27,306 bases of DNA from Candidatus Dadabacteria bacterium (GTDB lineage Bacteria > Desulfobacterota_D > UBA1144 > Nemesobacterales > CSP1-2): the NCBI GenBank assembly GCA_040289575.1, contig PSLL01000007.1, forward strand, positions 1 to 27,306. The letters are read 5' to 3'. The notes below the pieces were generated by a model. The model saw nothing but the letters and a program-made list of their open reading frames with translations, was not told where the DNA came from and did not search any database. A program made the position numbers and the translations under genes. Below, one piece after another: positions 1 through 14,499 of this stretch (the first letter of the stretch is position 1; each line of letters begins with the position of its first letter).

Positions 1-87
1 AAAGAGCCCTACATTTTGGTATAGAATCTAAAGGGGTTAGAAAACCCCCTCTATCGTGTTATATATTATCTTTGCAACAGAGCAATA

Positions 88-369
88 CTATTTAACTACC
101 TGTATCCCCCTCCAAAACCCGATGTAATTCTCTATGTGTTTTGCTGCCTCCTTGGTTTCAGGGTAATACCAGGCGGCGTCCTTATTAACCTCGCCATTAA
201 CCACAATGTCGTAATAACTGGCCACTCCCTTCCACGAACAGGTAGTATGGGTCTTGCTCTCCCGAAAATACTCTTTTTTAATACTCTCAGGCGGAAAGTA
301 ATGATTTCCCTCTACCACAATGGTATCATCGCTCTCTGCCAGAACCACACCGTGCCAAATAGCCTTCAT
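88..369 (-). CDS. DUF427 domain protein, 93 aa
   Basis: C-terminal part of ORF 88..753 reads MKAIWHGVVLAES...EGNHYFP...TTCSWKGVASYY...AAWYYP, typical of DUF427. GAGGG lies 8 nt before the ATG at 369; alternative ATG at 375. Confidence 0.88.
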   Translation of the reverse strand: MKAIWHGVVLAESDDTIVVEGNHYFPPESIKKEYFRESKTHTTCSWKGVASYYDIVVNGEVNKDAAWYYPETKEAAKHIENYIGFWRGIQVVK

Positions 370-502
370 GCTCATATCCCTCAGCCATAAAATATAGTAT
401 GCCAAAACGACACGCTCATTTCCACAAAAACCGTGCTCGAAATAACGTCCTATTTCTATTAGAATATAAATCCTCGAAGGTTGGACAGGCAAAAGAAAAA
501 TA

Positions 503-1882
503 ATGGGTAAGGTCCTTCCCCCAAAGAATGACCCCAAAGTAATTTTTGGCTGGTGCATGTATGACTGGGCGGGAGCAGCATATATTACCACAGTTGCAGT
601 GGGTCTACTCCCCGCATATTTTGCCTCTATTGTCGTAGGCCCGGATGGCATAACCATTCGGGGAACTACATACAGCGCAACCACGCTTTGGGGATTTGCC
701 GTAGGAGGAGCGGCTCTTATCATATTTCTCCTTGCCCCTATCTTAGGAGCCATAGCCGACTTTACAGGAGCAAAAAAGCGATTCTTACTCCTTTTCGCAT
801 ATTCGGGTTCCTTTTTTACGATTCTTCTCTATTTCTCAGAATCGGAAGATATATGGAGAACCCTATTCCTTTTTTTTATAGCCCAATTGTGCTTCATAGG
901 GGCAAATGTGTTCTACGACGCATTCCTTCCACAGATTGCAACACCCGACAAGATGGATACAGTCTCAGGAAAGGGATTCTCTTATGGCTACTTGGGCGGA
1001 GGGCTTAACTTTGCCATCACCCTCGGGCTTGTTGCGGGACACAGTAAATTCGGGATTTCACAAACACAGGCCGTAAGGATAGGGATTCTAGGGACGGGGC
1101 TCTGGTGGGCGGGATTCACACTATTTGCGGCAAAGAACCTGTTTGAGACCCCGAGTGCAAACACACTGCCTGAGCGGTATAAAAACTGGCATTTTCCCCC
1201 TGCGGCATACGCCGCTGTGGGCATCTCACAACTCATCAGAACCGCAAAACGCATTCGAAGGTTTAGGTACCTCGTTCTTTTTCTCATTGCCTACACCTTG
1301 TATAATGACGGCATACAGACTGTGATTAATATGGCAACAATTTACGGAAAAGAAGAGCTTCGGCTCCCTACGACTGCGCTTCTCATAACGCTACTTACTA
1401 TACAGGCAGTCGCCTCAGTCGGAGCCATTATGTTCGGTCGGTTCGCAAACCTTGTGGGCACAAAAAGGGCGGTTATGATAGCCCTTGTGCCCTGGTGTCT
1501 GGTTGTAATATATGCATATTTCATAAACACGGCTGTAGAGTTTTTTACCGCAGGCATTATGGTGGGGGTTGTCCTGGGCGGGTCTCAGGCTCTGAGCCGC
1601 TCATTCTATGGTTCAATGATCCCGGAGGAAGCAAGCGCCGAGTTCTATGGGTTTTATACGGTTTTTAGCAAGTTCTCGGCAATCTGCGGCCCCTTTGTGT
1701 TCGCCATCGTCCGTCAGATAACGGGCAATGCGAGAAACTCGATTCTCTCAATCATAGTGTTTTTTATACTCGGTCTTGTCCTCCTATACTTTGTTGATGA
1801 AAATAAGGCGCGCGAGGCAAAACTCTCAATGAATCTCCTTGAGGGCAGTGATTCACGCGTCTCTTATATAAAAAACCCTTAG
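503..1882 (+). CDS. MFS transporter, UMF1/ATG22-like family
   Basis: 459 aa with about 12 hydrophobic segments; WCMYDWA, PILGAIAD, NVFYDAFLP, GGSQALSRS and EFYGFY motifs. Confidence 0.9.
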   Translation: MGKVLPPKNDPKVIFGWCMYDWAGAAYITTVAVGLLPAYFASIVVGPDGITIRGTTYSATTLWGFAVGGAALIIFLLAPILGAIADFTGAKKRFLLLFAYSGSFFTILLYFSESEDIWRTLFLFFIAQLCFIGANVFYDAFLPQIATPDKMDTVSGKGFSYGYLGGGLNFAITLGLVAGHSKFGISQTQAVRIGILGTGLWWAGFTLFAAKNLFETPSANTLPERYKNWHFPPAAYAAVGISQLIRTAKRIRRFRYLVLFLIAYTLYNDGIQTVINMATIYGKEELRLPTTALLITLLTIQAVASVGAIMFGRFANLVGTKRAVMIALVPWCLVVIYAYFINTAVEFFTAGIMVGVVLGGSQALSRSFYGSMIPEEASAEFYGFYTVFSKFSAICGPFVFAIVRQITGNARNSILSIIVFFILGLVLLYFVDENKAREAKLSMNLLEGSDSRVSYIKNP

Positions 1883-1926
1883 ATTACCAATTTTTGTTAC
1901 TTAAATAGTCGGTTTTACAATAAACG

Positions 1927-1961
1927 TTATCTCTATCCGGTCTGAGACCCGGAGAGAATAA
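1927..1961. promoter_or_regulatory. Imperfect inverted repeat; candidate enhancer-binding-protein site or MFS terminator
   Basis: TTATCTCTATCCGGTCTGAGACCCGGAGAGAATAA dyad, about 80-110 nt upstream of the predicted sigma54 start site. Confidence 0.35.
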
Positions 1962-1994
1962 AATTATTAATCTTTTCAATGGGTTGTGTTCTTG

Positions 1995-2007
1995 TATCAA
2001 TCCGTTA
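1995..2007 (+). promoter_or_regulatory. IHF binding site
   Basis: TATCAATCCGTTA exactly matches WATCAANNNNTTR, directly upstream of the sigma54 -24 element. Confidence 0.6.
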
Positions 2008-2013
2008 TTTTTC

Positions 2014-2029
2014 TGGCACGTATCTTGCA
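2014..2029 (+). promoter_or_regulatory. sigma54 (-24/-12) promoter
   Basis: TGGCACGTATCTTGCA matches TGGCACG-N4-TTGCW exactly, with GG-N10-GC spacing, 36 nt before the cyclase start. Confidence 0.85.
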
Positions 2030-2065
2030 AACACATAGATGAAAACAAACCGGAAAGGATAACCC

Positions 2066-3100
2066 GTGAAGATACTTATTGTTGATGACTCACCAGATAG
2101 CCAACTTCTGATTAAATCCATTCTGAATTATGCCGGATACAAGGATTTATTAACCGCCAATTCAGCCCTTGAAGCTTTTAGGCAACTAGGAATGGATAAT
2201 CTTGCAAGCGCCTCTACAGATATAGATTTAATTCTAATGGATGTAGTGATGCCGGAGATGGATGGCATTGAAGCATGCCGTTTGATTAAGTCATTTGAAT
2301 ACCTCAGGGATATTCCCATCATCATAGTGACGGCTACAGCAAAGGACTTGCAGATGGCGTTTGCTGCTGGGGCTACTGATTATATTACCAAGCCGCTAAA
2401 TAAAGTAGAACTCCTGGCTCGGGTGTCTTCAGCACTGAGACTTAAGCGCGAGATAGACAATCGTAAGGCACGTGAGCAGGAGCTAATGAAATTGACACAA
2501 CAACTCGAGGAGTTGAATCAGATATTACAACGCCTCTCCTCTTCCGACGGGCTGACTGGTGTTGCCAACCGTCGTCATTTTGATCTGGTTCTAAAGCAGG
2601 AATGGAGGCGCGCCATACGAGATGCAACTCCACTATCTTTGATACTCATAGATGTTGATTTCTTTAAGGCTTACAACGATACATACGGCCATCAAATGGG
2701 CGATGACTGTCTAAAGCGGGTGGCGAATTCGCTAAAGGGCGTGTTGAAACGACCTACAGATTTAATAGCCCGCTATGGCGGTGAAGAATTTGTAGCCCTC
2801 CTGCCGAAGACGGATACAGATGGGGCAGCCGCTCTGGCGGAGGGGATGCGTGCTGGAATTGAGGCACTGGGGATTGCACATGCCCGTTCTCAAGTTACAG
2901 ATCGAGTCACTATCAGTCTAGGAGTCGCCACAGTTGTCCCCAATCGTGACTCTTCATTCGCCGACCTCGTTGCCGAAGCCGATCATGCCCTTTACCAAGC
3001 AAAGCAGGAGGGGCGCAATCGGGTAAAAAGTTCTTCTAGCATAGTAATGCAAGATAAATCCTTAGTTAATGAGGCAACGTTATGCAAATTGAGCAATTAA
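2066..3100 (+). CDS. Response-regulator diguanylate cyclase (REC-coiled coil-GGDEF, WspR-like)
   Basis: Receiver (ILIVDD...LMDVVMP...TKP), DGLTG, intact GGEEF active site and RPTD I-site. Confidence 0.93.
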   Translation: MKILIVDDSPDSQLLIKSILNYAGYKDLLTANSALEAFRQLGMDNLASASTDIDLILMDVVMPEMDGIEACRLIKSFEYLRDIPIIIVTATAKDLQMAFAAGATDYITKPLNKVELLARVSSALRLKREIDNRKAREQELMKLTQQLEELNQILQRLSSSDGLTGVANRRHFDLVLKQEWRRAIRDATPLSLILIDVDFFKAYNDTYGHQMGDDCLKRVANSLKGVLKRPTDLIARYGGEEFVALLPKTDTDGAAALAEGMRAGIEALGIAHARSQVTDRVTISLGVATVVPNRDSSFADLVAEADHALYQAKQEGRNRVKSSSSIVMQDKSLVNEATLCKLSN

Positions 3101-4226
3101 TGTGGAATACAGAAAACGGATGGCAAAAGACACTGCAGACCAGTAACACAGATATACACCCACAATTAGTGCTCTTTTTTGGCGAGTCGGGTGTACTGGA
3201 ATCTGGTGAACGCTATTTTGATCTCAGAGACCGCTATCCCGATACCCATATTATTGGCTTTACCAGTGCCGGTAAGATCATTGGCGAGGATGTTTATGCT
3301 GGGAGTGTCGTTGTCAGCGCTATTGAATTTGAAAATACCCCTATATCGGTAGCCTCAATCTCGATTAGCACAATGACAGACTCTTTCAGGGCCGGGGTTC
3401 AAATAGGTAAAAAGTTGAGCCATCCGGGTTTGCGCGGGGTCCTGGTTATTTCAGAGGGTATAAGAGTAAACGGCAGTGAATTGGTCCGAGGCATTGTCAG
3501 TATTGTTGGCAATAACATACCCGTTACGGGTGGACTCGCCGGAGACGGTACACGTTTTCAAATGACACGTGTTGGATGCAATTCAAAACCCGAGCCGGGG
3601 CGTATCGCAGTATTAGATTCTATGGGCCCGCTATCACCATCGGTCACGGCTCAGTGGGCGGTTGGGACCCATTCGGACCAGAAAGACACATTACAAGGTC
3701 TAAAGGGAATATATTGTATAAGCTGGACGGTAACCCTGTCTTCGAATTATATAAAAGATACCTAGGCGATGAGGCCGATAATCTCCCCGGTAGCGCCCTG
3801 CTATTTCCGCTTATGGTGCGTCATGCAAATAATGAATCTACTGGTGTCGTACGCACTGTTTTATCAGTCAGTGAGGATGATCAAAGCATGACATTTGCCG
3901 GAGATATTCCTCAGGGTTATACAGCACAGCTCATGAGGGCGAATTTTGACCGTTTGATTGACGGTGCGGGAGCAGCGGCTAAGATCGCGAGTGAGGGAAG
4001 CAAAGGCGATGAAGCCAAGTTGACGATTTTAATCAGTTGCGTGGGACGCAAGATGATTCTCGGTCAACGTATCGCCGATGAGGTCGAGGCAGTCCGCGAA
4101 ATACTGGGGCGAGATGTTGCCCAGATTGGTTTTTATTCATACGGGGAAATATCACCGCATGTCTCCACGGGGATTTGTGAACTGCATAACCAAACCATGA
4201 CAATAACCCTAATTTCAGAGCGCTAA
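3082..4226 (+). pseudogene. FIST-domain (NosP-like) sensor protein, frameshifted at ~3616; ~381 aa if repaired
   Basis: ORF 3082..3765 carries FIST_N (FTSAG, NGSELV, VTGGLAGDG). ORF 3576..4226 continues with GGWDPFGP, ISCVGRK, GFYSYGEI and LHNQTMT. Adding one G at gta-tta-g(g)a-ttc restores RIAVLGFYG. Confidence 0.88.
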
Positions 4227-4228
4227 TA

Positions 4229-7771
<3,543 letters not shown>

Positions 7772-7793
7772 ACCCAAATCTGGGAAGTAAGAC

Positions 7794-10091
7794 GTGGGAA
7801 AAATAAGAATTTTGGTAATCGAAGATGATAAGGTTGACCAGATGGCCTTTAAGCGTATTGTCAAAGACGAGGGTCTTTCATACGACTATGACATAGCTGG
7901 ATCTGTTTCAGAGGCTAAGAAATTCCTAGATTCTAAAAGATTCGATATTGTAATTACAGACTACATGCTGGGTGATGGCACGGCATTTGACATCCTCGAT
8001 TTAATAAAAGACACCCCCATTATTATTGTCACCGGAAGCGGTGATGAGGAGATTGCCGTTAAGGCTATGAAAAGAGGCGCTTATGACTATCTCATAAAAG
8101 ATCCAGAGCGCAACTATCTCAAAGTCCTGCCTATAACCGTCGAAAGTGCGATTAAACACAAAGGAGCAGAGAAACAATTCAGAATGCTATCCCATGCAAT
8201 TATGAGTATCAACGATAGTGTTTATATAACTGATATGGATAACAGAATTATCTTTGTTAATAAGGCGTTTTGCAAAACCTATGGACATGAGGAAGGAAAC
8301 ATCCTGGGCAGAGACAGCAATGTTCTTGGAGAAGTCAGTCTGAAAGATGAATTTTACCACAGGCGCAAAGACGGAAGTACATTTCCGGTTTCTCTATCTA
8401 GATCGGCCATTAAAGACGAAAGTGGAAATGAGGTTGCCGTTATTGGAGTAGTCCGTGACATCACCGAGCACAAGCGGGCAGAGGAAGAATTAAAAAAGGC
8501 CAAAGAAGCAGCCGAGGTCGCCAATAGCGCCAAGAGCCAATTCCTTGCCGTTATGAGCCATGAAATTCGCACTCCTATGAATGCCATAATCGGTATGGCT
8601 GATCTTCTCTGGGAAACTAATCTGACACCCGAACAGCGTGAATATGTCCGTATCTTCAGGAGAGCAGGAGATTCCCTTCTCAATCTAATCAATGACCTAC
8701 TTGACCTCTCTAAAGTGGAGGCTGGTCGCCTTGAACTGGAGAACATTGGCTTTGATCTTTGTGAACTCATTGAAAAAACCGTTGAAATCTTGGCTGTGCG
8801 AGCCCATGAAAAGGGTATTGAACTTAACTTCTATATATCGCCTGATGTGCCGACTAACCTAGTTGGCGACCCAAAACGCTTGAGTCAGATTCTTATTAAC
8901 CTTGTGGGAAATGCTATCAAGTTCACAGAAAAAGGCGAAGTGCTACTAAGCGTTGAAAATAATAATGAAACTAAAGATGGGATCTGCCTTCTATTCTCGA
9001 TTCGAGACACAGGAATCGGCATTCCTTCAGAAAGGCTAAGCGTTATCTTTGATAATTTCACCCAAGTTGACTCCTCCATCACACGCAAGTACGGTGGAAC
9101 CGGGCTTGGGCTAAGCATATCTAAGAAATTAGTCGAGTTAATGAAAGGATCCATCTGGGTTGAAAGTAGATTCGGTGAGGGAAGCACATTCTACTTTACA
9201 GCCCAATTTGGAATTCAATCTGAACCCAAGCCTATATCTCCTCCCCCACCGGCGGATTTAAAGGGACTAAGGACACTAGTGGTAGATGACAACGCCACAA
9301 ACCGCTTCATTCTGAGAGAGATGCTGTCTGGATGGGGTGCCCTAGTGACGGAGGCTGAAAGCGGTGAGCAGGGGCTTGTTAAACTCAAACAGGCCGAGGA
9401 ATCAGGGGTGCCTTATAGACTCTTATTATTGGATCGCCGTATGCCTGGCATAGATGGATTTGAATTAGCAGAATATATTAAGAAAGACCTGGGAACTACG
9501 GGGATGACCATATTGATGCTTACATCCGATAATCGGCAAAATGATATTAAATGCTGCCAGGAGTTAGGCATCTCAGCTTATCTGGTTAAGCCAATCAAGA
9601 GGTATGATCTAATCAACACTATATCTGGCGCTATTAATAAAACAGAAGTCACTCCCGAGGAACCACAGATTGCAGAAAAGCCTACCGCCTCAGATGATCA
9701 ACATGCCCTGAGCATTCTTCTTGCAGAAGACTCAGAAGACAACCGCCTGCTCATACAGTCATATCTTAAGAATACACCACACCAAATAGACATAGCAGAA
9801 AACGGCGAGATAGCGGTAGAGAAGTTTAAAACCGGCAAATATGACATCGTACTTATGGATATTCAGATGCCTGTGATGGACGGCTATAGTGCCACACAGA
9901 TGATTAGGAAGTGGGAGAAGGACAAAGGGTTGAAGAGTACGCCTATAGTTGCCCTAACAGCCCATGCGCTTAAAGAGGAGAAGCAAAAGAGTATTGATTC
10001 GGGGTGCACATCCCATATTACAAAACCGGTAAAGAAGAGGATTCTTATGGAGGCTATCCATCAATATACAACAATTGGTATAGGAAGATAG
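7794..10091 (+). CDS. Hybrid histidine kinase (REC-PAS-HisKA-HATPase-REC-REC)
   Basis: N-terminal receiver, PAS/PAC (RKDGS...RDITE), [30 protein letters not shown] and two C-terminal receivers. Confidence 0.93.
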   Translation: MGKIRILVIEDDKVDQMAFKRIVKDEGLSYDYDIAGSVSEAKKFLDSKRFDIVITDYMLGDGTAFDILDLIKDTPIIIVTGSGDEEIAVKAMKRGAYDYLIKDPERNYLKVLPITVESAIKHKGAEKQFRMLSHAIMSINDSVYITDMDNRIIFVNKAFCKTYGHEEGNILGRDSNVLGEVSLKDEFYHRRKDGSTFPVSLSRSAIKDESGNEVAVIGVVRDITEHKRAEEELKKAKEAAEVANSAKSQFLAVMSHEIRTPMNAIIGMADLLWETNLTPEQREYVRIFRRAGDSLLNLINDLLDLSKVEAGRLELENIGFDLCELIEKTVEILAVRAHEKGIELNFYISPDVPTNLVGDPKRLSQILINLVGNAIKFTEKGEVLLSVENNNETKDGICLLFSIRDTGIGIPSERLSVIFDNFTQVDSSITRKYGGTGLGLSISKKLVELMKGSIWVESRFGEGSTFYFTAQFGIQSEPKPISPPPPADLKGLRTLVVDDNATNRFILREMLSGWGALVTEAESGEQGLVKLKQAEESGVPYRLLLLDRRMPGIDGFELAEYIKKDLGTTGMTILMLTSDNRQNDIKCCQELGISAYLVKPIKRYDLINTISGAINKTEVTPEEPQIAEKPTASDDQHALSILLAEDSEDNRLLIQSYLKNTPHQIDIAENGEIAVEKFKTGKYDIVLMDIQMPVMDGYSATQMIRKWEKDKGLKSTPIVALTAHALKEEKQKSIDSGCTSHITKPVKKRILMEAIHQYTTIGIGR

Positions 10092-10145
10092 AGGGATAAG
10101 CCCGCCTTTTCTTGATAGAGACATATTTAATTGTATAATAAGTGC

Positions 10146-10706
10146 ATGAATATTTTGGGCTTATTATTCGTTCTGCTCCTCCTTACGGTAGTGATTCTAA
10201 CCAAAGACGATATATTCAGAGGAAGAGTAGATACCATCAAGGCATTAATTAGGGAGCTTGGCACGAGGAGAGGCAATATACTAAAAAATAAGGCTTTTAT
10301 CTCTGCATTATTTTCAATTCTGATTGGTATAACTGCTAGGACAAATCTATTGGATAAGATTGAGATTTTGAATTCCCTTGGGCTTTCCCCGGATAAAAAG
10401 GTAGTAATTACCGAAAAACACATGAACATAACTGACCAGAGCGGCCATTTCCTACTTGGGGCTATTATCGGATACGCATTTGATAGCTGGGCTGCAGCAT
10501 TCGGTATAGGGTGTATAAAAGAGATAAGTGATTTTGTAGACCATTACTGTCATCATACCGTAAATCGTCCTCAAATAATCCACGACGGGATAGTAGATCC
10601 CCTATTTTGGATGCTAGGGGGTTTCGTGGGGTACTCTTCTCTTGAAAGAATTCACCTCCTGTTCAGAAGAAAGGAGAGGGGTGTGAACAATCCCGCCCAA
10701 ACATAA
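10146..10706 (+). CDS. Hypothetical membrane protein with a YfiM/DUF2279/VanZ-like motif
   Basis: ATG 10146 lies within ORF 10131..10706. Hydrophobic N-terminus and C-terminal DQSGHF...G...KEISD...D...D...GG pattern. Confidence 0.6.
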   Translation: MNILGLLFVLLLLTVVILTKDDIFRGRVDTIKALIRELGTRRGNILKNKAFISALFSILIGITARTNLLDKIEILNSLGLSPDKKVVITEKHMNITDQSGHFLLGAIIGYAFDSWAAAFGIGCIKEISDFVDHYCHHTVNRPQIIHDGIVDPLFWMLGGFVGYSSLERIHLLFRRKERGVNNPAQT

Positions 10707-10937
10707 TAAAAATCCCAAACGTGCGCCTCCAAGAAAAATCCCTATTCTATTAGGCACCCTTGTTTGATAATCTTTTATAATCGCTATTTCCAGTAACCCT
10801 CTGCGCTTGGATAGTCGGCGTGCAGGTGTCTTAATGAGACATCTCAATAGGAAATTAGTATAAAAATGTTTGTAACGGAGCGGCGTCTCTATATAAAATA
10901 GAATCAGTATCCTTTCACTAAAAAGGGACTTTGGAAA

Positions 10938-12203
10938 ATGAAGGTAAGACGGATAGCAGTGATATGGGTCATTGTATTTACGTTTCTAATGGATAGTTGT
11001 GTCACACCTCAAAAAGAGGGAAGAATCACCGATTTACTTCTAGGTGTTTCTGTATCCGGAGCCTCTACTGTAAAGCCCTATGATGAGATAACTAGAATTA
11101 TAGAGGAAGAGTCCTATTATAGTTTAAGTAACAAGAGCAAAGAGAAATTAGAAAATTGCTTTACCAACTACGCCAAAAAGGGCATTCCTGTAGAAGAGCT
11201 TCAGGGAAGGTTGAAGGAGAATTTTATTCTTGCCCGGTGTTTCCCACAGGACAGGTCAGCCGAGTACTATTCCCCAGAGGGATATAGGCTCTTTCTCGCT
11301 GATATTGGCGGGATGTATGGAGGAGTCGGTATACGTATGATTACCGGCTCGAATGGGGCAATTATTAAGGCGTTTATTCCCGGTTCCCCTGCAGAGAAAG
11401 ACGGCACCCTACGGATTGATGATGAAATCAGGGCGGTTGGAGAATATGGGAAACCGCTGCGGTCGGTGATAGGAGAGTCAAGTAATCAGATCACGCTCCG
11501 TATACGTGGGCCTGTTGGGACAAGGGTAACGCTCAATATATGGCGCAGCGGTCAAGAGCTTGGCAATGTCACCCTTACCCGCTCTAATATTGACATAAGG
11601 CTCGTTGATCACAAGATATACAACAATAAAATCGGTTATCTCCGAATATACTCCTTTGAGGGCGACTTAGTAGATGACAGGATTTCTCCTATACTAAAAG
11701 AATTTAGGGCAAAAGGAGTGGATAGGGTTATTCTTGACCTACGCAACAACCTTGGAGGGAGTGTCAAGGAGGCTGCTAAGTTGATAGGGCTTTTTATCAA
11801 GGAAAAGAACAAGCCCTTTCTCACTCTACATCTTAAAGAGGGGAATGATAATCGTAAGGAGTTTATCTCAAATGGTCGTGGTGAGTATGCGGATTGGGAG
11901 GGTGTTGTTCTTGTAAATAAAAACTCAGCCTCTGCAAGCGAGATTGTGGCCGGTGCATTGCAACTCGAAGGCTTCAGACTCTTTGGTGAGAGGACTTACG
12001 GAAAGGGCAGCGCACAGAGCGTAAATCAACTCAGTAATGGAGGGGGATTTAAACTGACAATAGCCATTTATTACTTTGCCAATGGAAAAAGTCCCGAGGG
12101 AGTTGGCTTAACCCCGGATGTGGAGATTAACAACCAGTCAACCCCAATGTTTCAGGACGCTCAATTAGATGCAGCAATTCACTATCTTCAAGGTTTGGAT
12201 TGA
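10938..12203 (+). CDS. S41 family C-terminal processing peptidase (CtpA-like) with PDZ domain
   Basis: Signal-like N-terminus; GGVGI...GSPAEK PDZ; IGYLRI, ILDLRNNLGG, SASASEIVAGAL and GERTYGKG. Confidence 0.92.
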   Translation: MKVRRIAVIWVIVFTFLMDSCVTPQKEGRITDLLLGVSVSGASTVKPYDEITRIIEEESYYSLSNKSKEKLENCFTNYAKKGIPVEELQGRLKENFILARCFPQDRSAEYYSPEGYRLFLADIGGMYGGVGIRMITGSNGAIIKAFIPGSPAEKDGTLRIDDEIRAVGEYGKPLRSVIGESSNQITLRIRGPVGTRVTLNIWRSGQELGNVTLTRSNIDIRLVDHKIYNNKIGYLRIYSFEGDLVDDRISPILKEFRAKGVDRVILDLRNNLGGSVKEAAKLIGLFIKEKNKPFLTLHLKEGNDNRKEFISNGRGEYADWEGVVLVNKNSASASEIVAGALQLEGFRLFGERTYGKGSAQSVNQLSNGGGFKLTIAIYYFANGKSPEGVGLTPDVEINNQSTPMFQDAQLDAAIHYLQGLD

Positions 12204-12270
12204 AAAGACGGGATTTAGTTCACGACAATGGGGTACTCCCGAACGTTATAAAAATTACAAGGGGTAAGCG

Positions 12271-14499
12271 GTGAAACCAAAAAGAAGAAATTTATTATCA
12301 TCCTCCGCTAGGATTATCACTATATTAATGTTATCCTGTTTAGTAAGTGAGAAAACGATGCCTGAAACGCCTGAGCCAAAGACTATGAAAAAACCCAATC
12401 GTCTAATACATGAGAAAAGTCCATACCTGCTTCAGCACGCGTATAATCCGGTGGACTGGTATCCATGGGGAGAGGAGGCTTTTGAGAAGGCCCGGAAAGA
12501 GAATAAACCGATTTTCCTCTCTATCGGATACTCGACCTGCCACTGGTGTCATGTAATGGAAAAGGAGTCGTTTGAGGACGATGAGGTCGCGAAACTCATG
12601 AACGACGCCTTTGTCTCGATTAAAGTAGATAGGGAGGAGCGCCCCGATATTGACGGTATATATATGATGGTATGTCAAATGATCTCAAGAGGGGGATGCG
12701 GCTGGCCGCTTAATATCGTTATGACCCCAGACAAAAAGCCTTTCTTTGCCGCCACATACATTCCAAAAGAAGACCGTTTTGGACGTGCGGGGATGCTGAC
12801 CCTTGTGCCGAGGATTAAAGAGGTCTGGACAAAGCAGCACGATAAGGTGCTCGATTCAGCCAACCAAATCACATCCGCACTCCAGCAGGGGATGAAGGAA
12901 TCGCACGGCGAAGAATTGGATAAATCTACCTTGAGGACCGCATACGAACAACTTGTACAGAGCTTTGATGAACAGCACAGCGGCTTTGGAAGCGCTCCAA
13001 AGTTTCCAACCCCTCACAATCTCCTTTTTCTTATTCGTTATTGGAAGCGGAGCGATAATAAGGAAGCCCTGGAGATAGTAGAAAAAACCCTTCATGCGAT
13101 GCGGCAGGGAGGTATATACGACCACATAGGATTCGGCTTTCATCGATATTCCACAGATGCGGAATGGTTTTTGCCTCATTTTGAGAAGATGCTCTATGAC
13201 CAGGCGATGATCTCAATGGCATACATAGAGGCCTATCAGGCAACCGGGAAAGAGGAATATAAAAAAACGGCACGTGAGATCTTCACATACGTTTTACGCG
13301 ATATGACCTCACGGGAAGGGGGTTTTTACTCCGCCGAGGATGCGGACAGCGAAGGGGAGGAGGGAAAGTTTTATCTCTGGACGGAGGGAGAGATCAGACA
13401 GATATTGGGCAAAGACGATGCGGATTTATTTATCAGTGTCTTCAATGTTGAAAAGAGGGGCAATTTCAGAGAAGAGGCAACCGGAAAAGGAATGGGTGGG
13501 AACATATTGCACCTAAAAAAATCACTCGCTGAGATTGCCTCCCAGTTAAAAATATCCAAGACGGAGATTGAATCCCGAATTGAGATGGCAAGGCAGAAAC
13601 TCTTTGATGTGCGTGAAAGGCGCGTTCATCCCCATAAAGACGATAAGATTCTTACGGACTGGAACGGTCTTATGATCGCCGCTCTCTCAAAAGGGGCGCA
13701 GGCATTTAATGAGCCGAGTTATACCGAAGCCGCACGCCGTGCGGCGGATTTTCTACTTAAAAACATGCGAAAGCCGGATGGACGACTCCTGCACCGATAT
13801 AGGGACGGTCAGGCCGACATCGCAGGGAATTTAGATGATTATGCATTTCTCATTTGGGGACTCATAGAACTCTATGAATCCACATTTGATGTTGGCTATC
13901 TTCAGGCCGCCATTAGTCTCAATAGCGATTTAATAAAACACTTTTGGGATGATAAGGGAGGCGGGTTTTATTTTACGGCAGACGACGGCGAGAATCTCAT
14001 CGTTCGGCAAAAGGAGATTTATGACGGTGCCATTCCATCGGGTAACTCTGTTGCGATGTTAAACCTACTTCAACTGGGCCGTATAACGGCAAATCCCGAC
14101 CTTGAGGAAAAGGCGTCGAAAATCGGACGTGCATTCTCCAATACAGTCAAGCAATTCCCCGGAGCATTCACTCAACTCATGGTTGCCCTAGATTTCGCAT
14201 TAGGCCCCTCTTATGAAGTGGTCATTGTCGGCAACACCCAGTCGGAAGATACAAGAGCCATGTTAAACGCCATAGGAAGGCAATTCGTGCCCAACAAGGT
14301 AGTACTCCTCCGCCCAACCGAAAAGGAATCGCCCGATATAACCCGAATTGCGGGGTTTACAAAAAATCAATCGAGCCTTGACGGCAAAGCCACCGCATAC
14401 GTTTGCCTCAACTATGTCTGTAAGCTTCCAACAACGGACGTCAGTAGGATGATTGAGTTGCTCAACACGAAAAGGTCGGAAGAAACGAAGGCATATTAG
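12271..14499 (+). CDS. YyaL/SSP411-like thioredoxin-domain protein (DUF255 plus six-hairpin fold); start may be ATG 12358 or 12385
   Basis: [45 protein letters not shown] and [11 protein letters not shown]. Confidence 0.93.
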   Translation: MKPKRRNLLSSSARIITILMLSCLVSEKTMPETPEPKTMKKPNRLIHEKSPYLLQHAYNPVDWYPWGEEAFEKARKENKPIFLSIGYSTCHWCHVMEKESFEDDEVAKLMNDAFVSIKVDREERPDIDGIYMMVCQMISRGGCGWPLNIVMTPDKKPFFAATYIPKEDRFGRAGMLTLVPRIKEVWTKQHDKVLDSANQITSALQQGMKESHGEELDKSTLRTAYEQLVQSFDEQHSGFGSAPKFPTPHNLLFLIRYWKRSDNKEALEIVEKTLHAMRQGGIYDHIGFGFHRYSTDAEWFLPHFEKMLYDQAMISMAYIEAYQATGKEEYKKTAREIFTYVLRDMTSREGGFYSAEDADSEGEEGKFYLWTEGEIRQILGKDDADLFISVFNVEKRGNFREEATGKGMGGNILHLKKSLAEIASQLKISKTEIESRIEMARQKLFDVRERRVHPHKDDKILTDWNGLMIAALSKGAQAFNEPSYTEAARRAADFLLKNMRKPDGRLLHRYRDGQADIAGNLDDYAFLIWGLIELYESTFDVGYLQAAISLNSDLIKHFWDDKGGGFYFTADDGENLIVRQKEIYDGAIPSGNSVAMLNLLQLGRITANPDLEEKASKIGRAFSNTVKQFPGAFTQLMVALDFALGPSYEVVIVGNTQSEDTRAMLNAIGRQFVPNKVVLLRPTEKESPDITRIAGFTKNQSSLDGKATAYVCLNYVCKLPTTDVSRMIELLNTKRSEETKAY

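Noticed and set aside
376..753. N-terminal extension of ORF 88..753
   Set aside because: Antisense to the MFS gene; DUF427 similarity begins only at the Met at 369/375.
3580..3625. Programmed ribosomal frameshift in FIST
   Set aside because: No slippery heptamer at the inferred break; a one-base deletion explains it.
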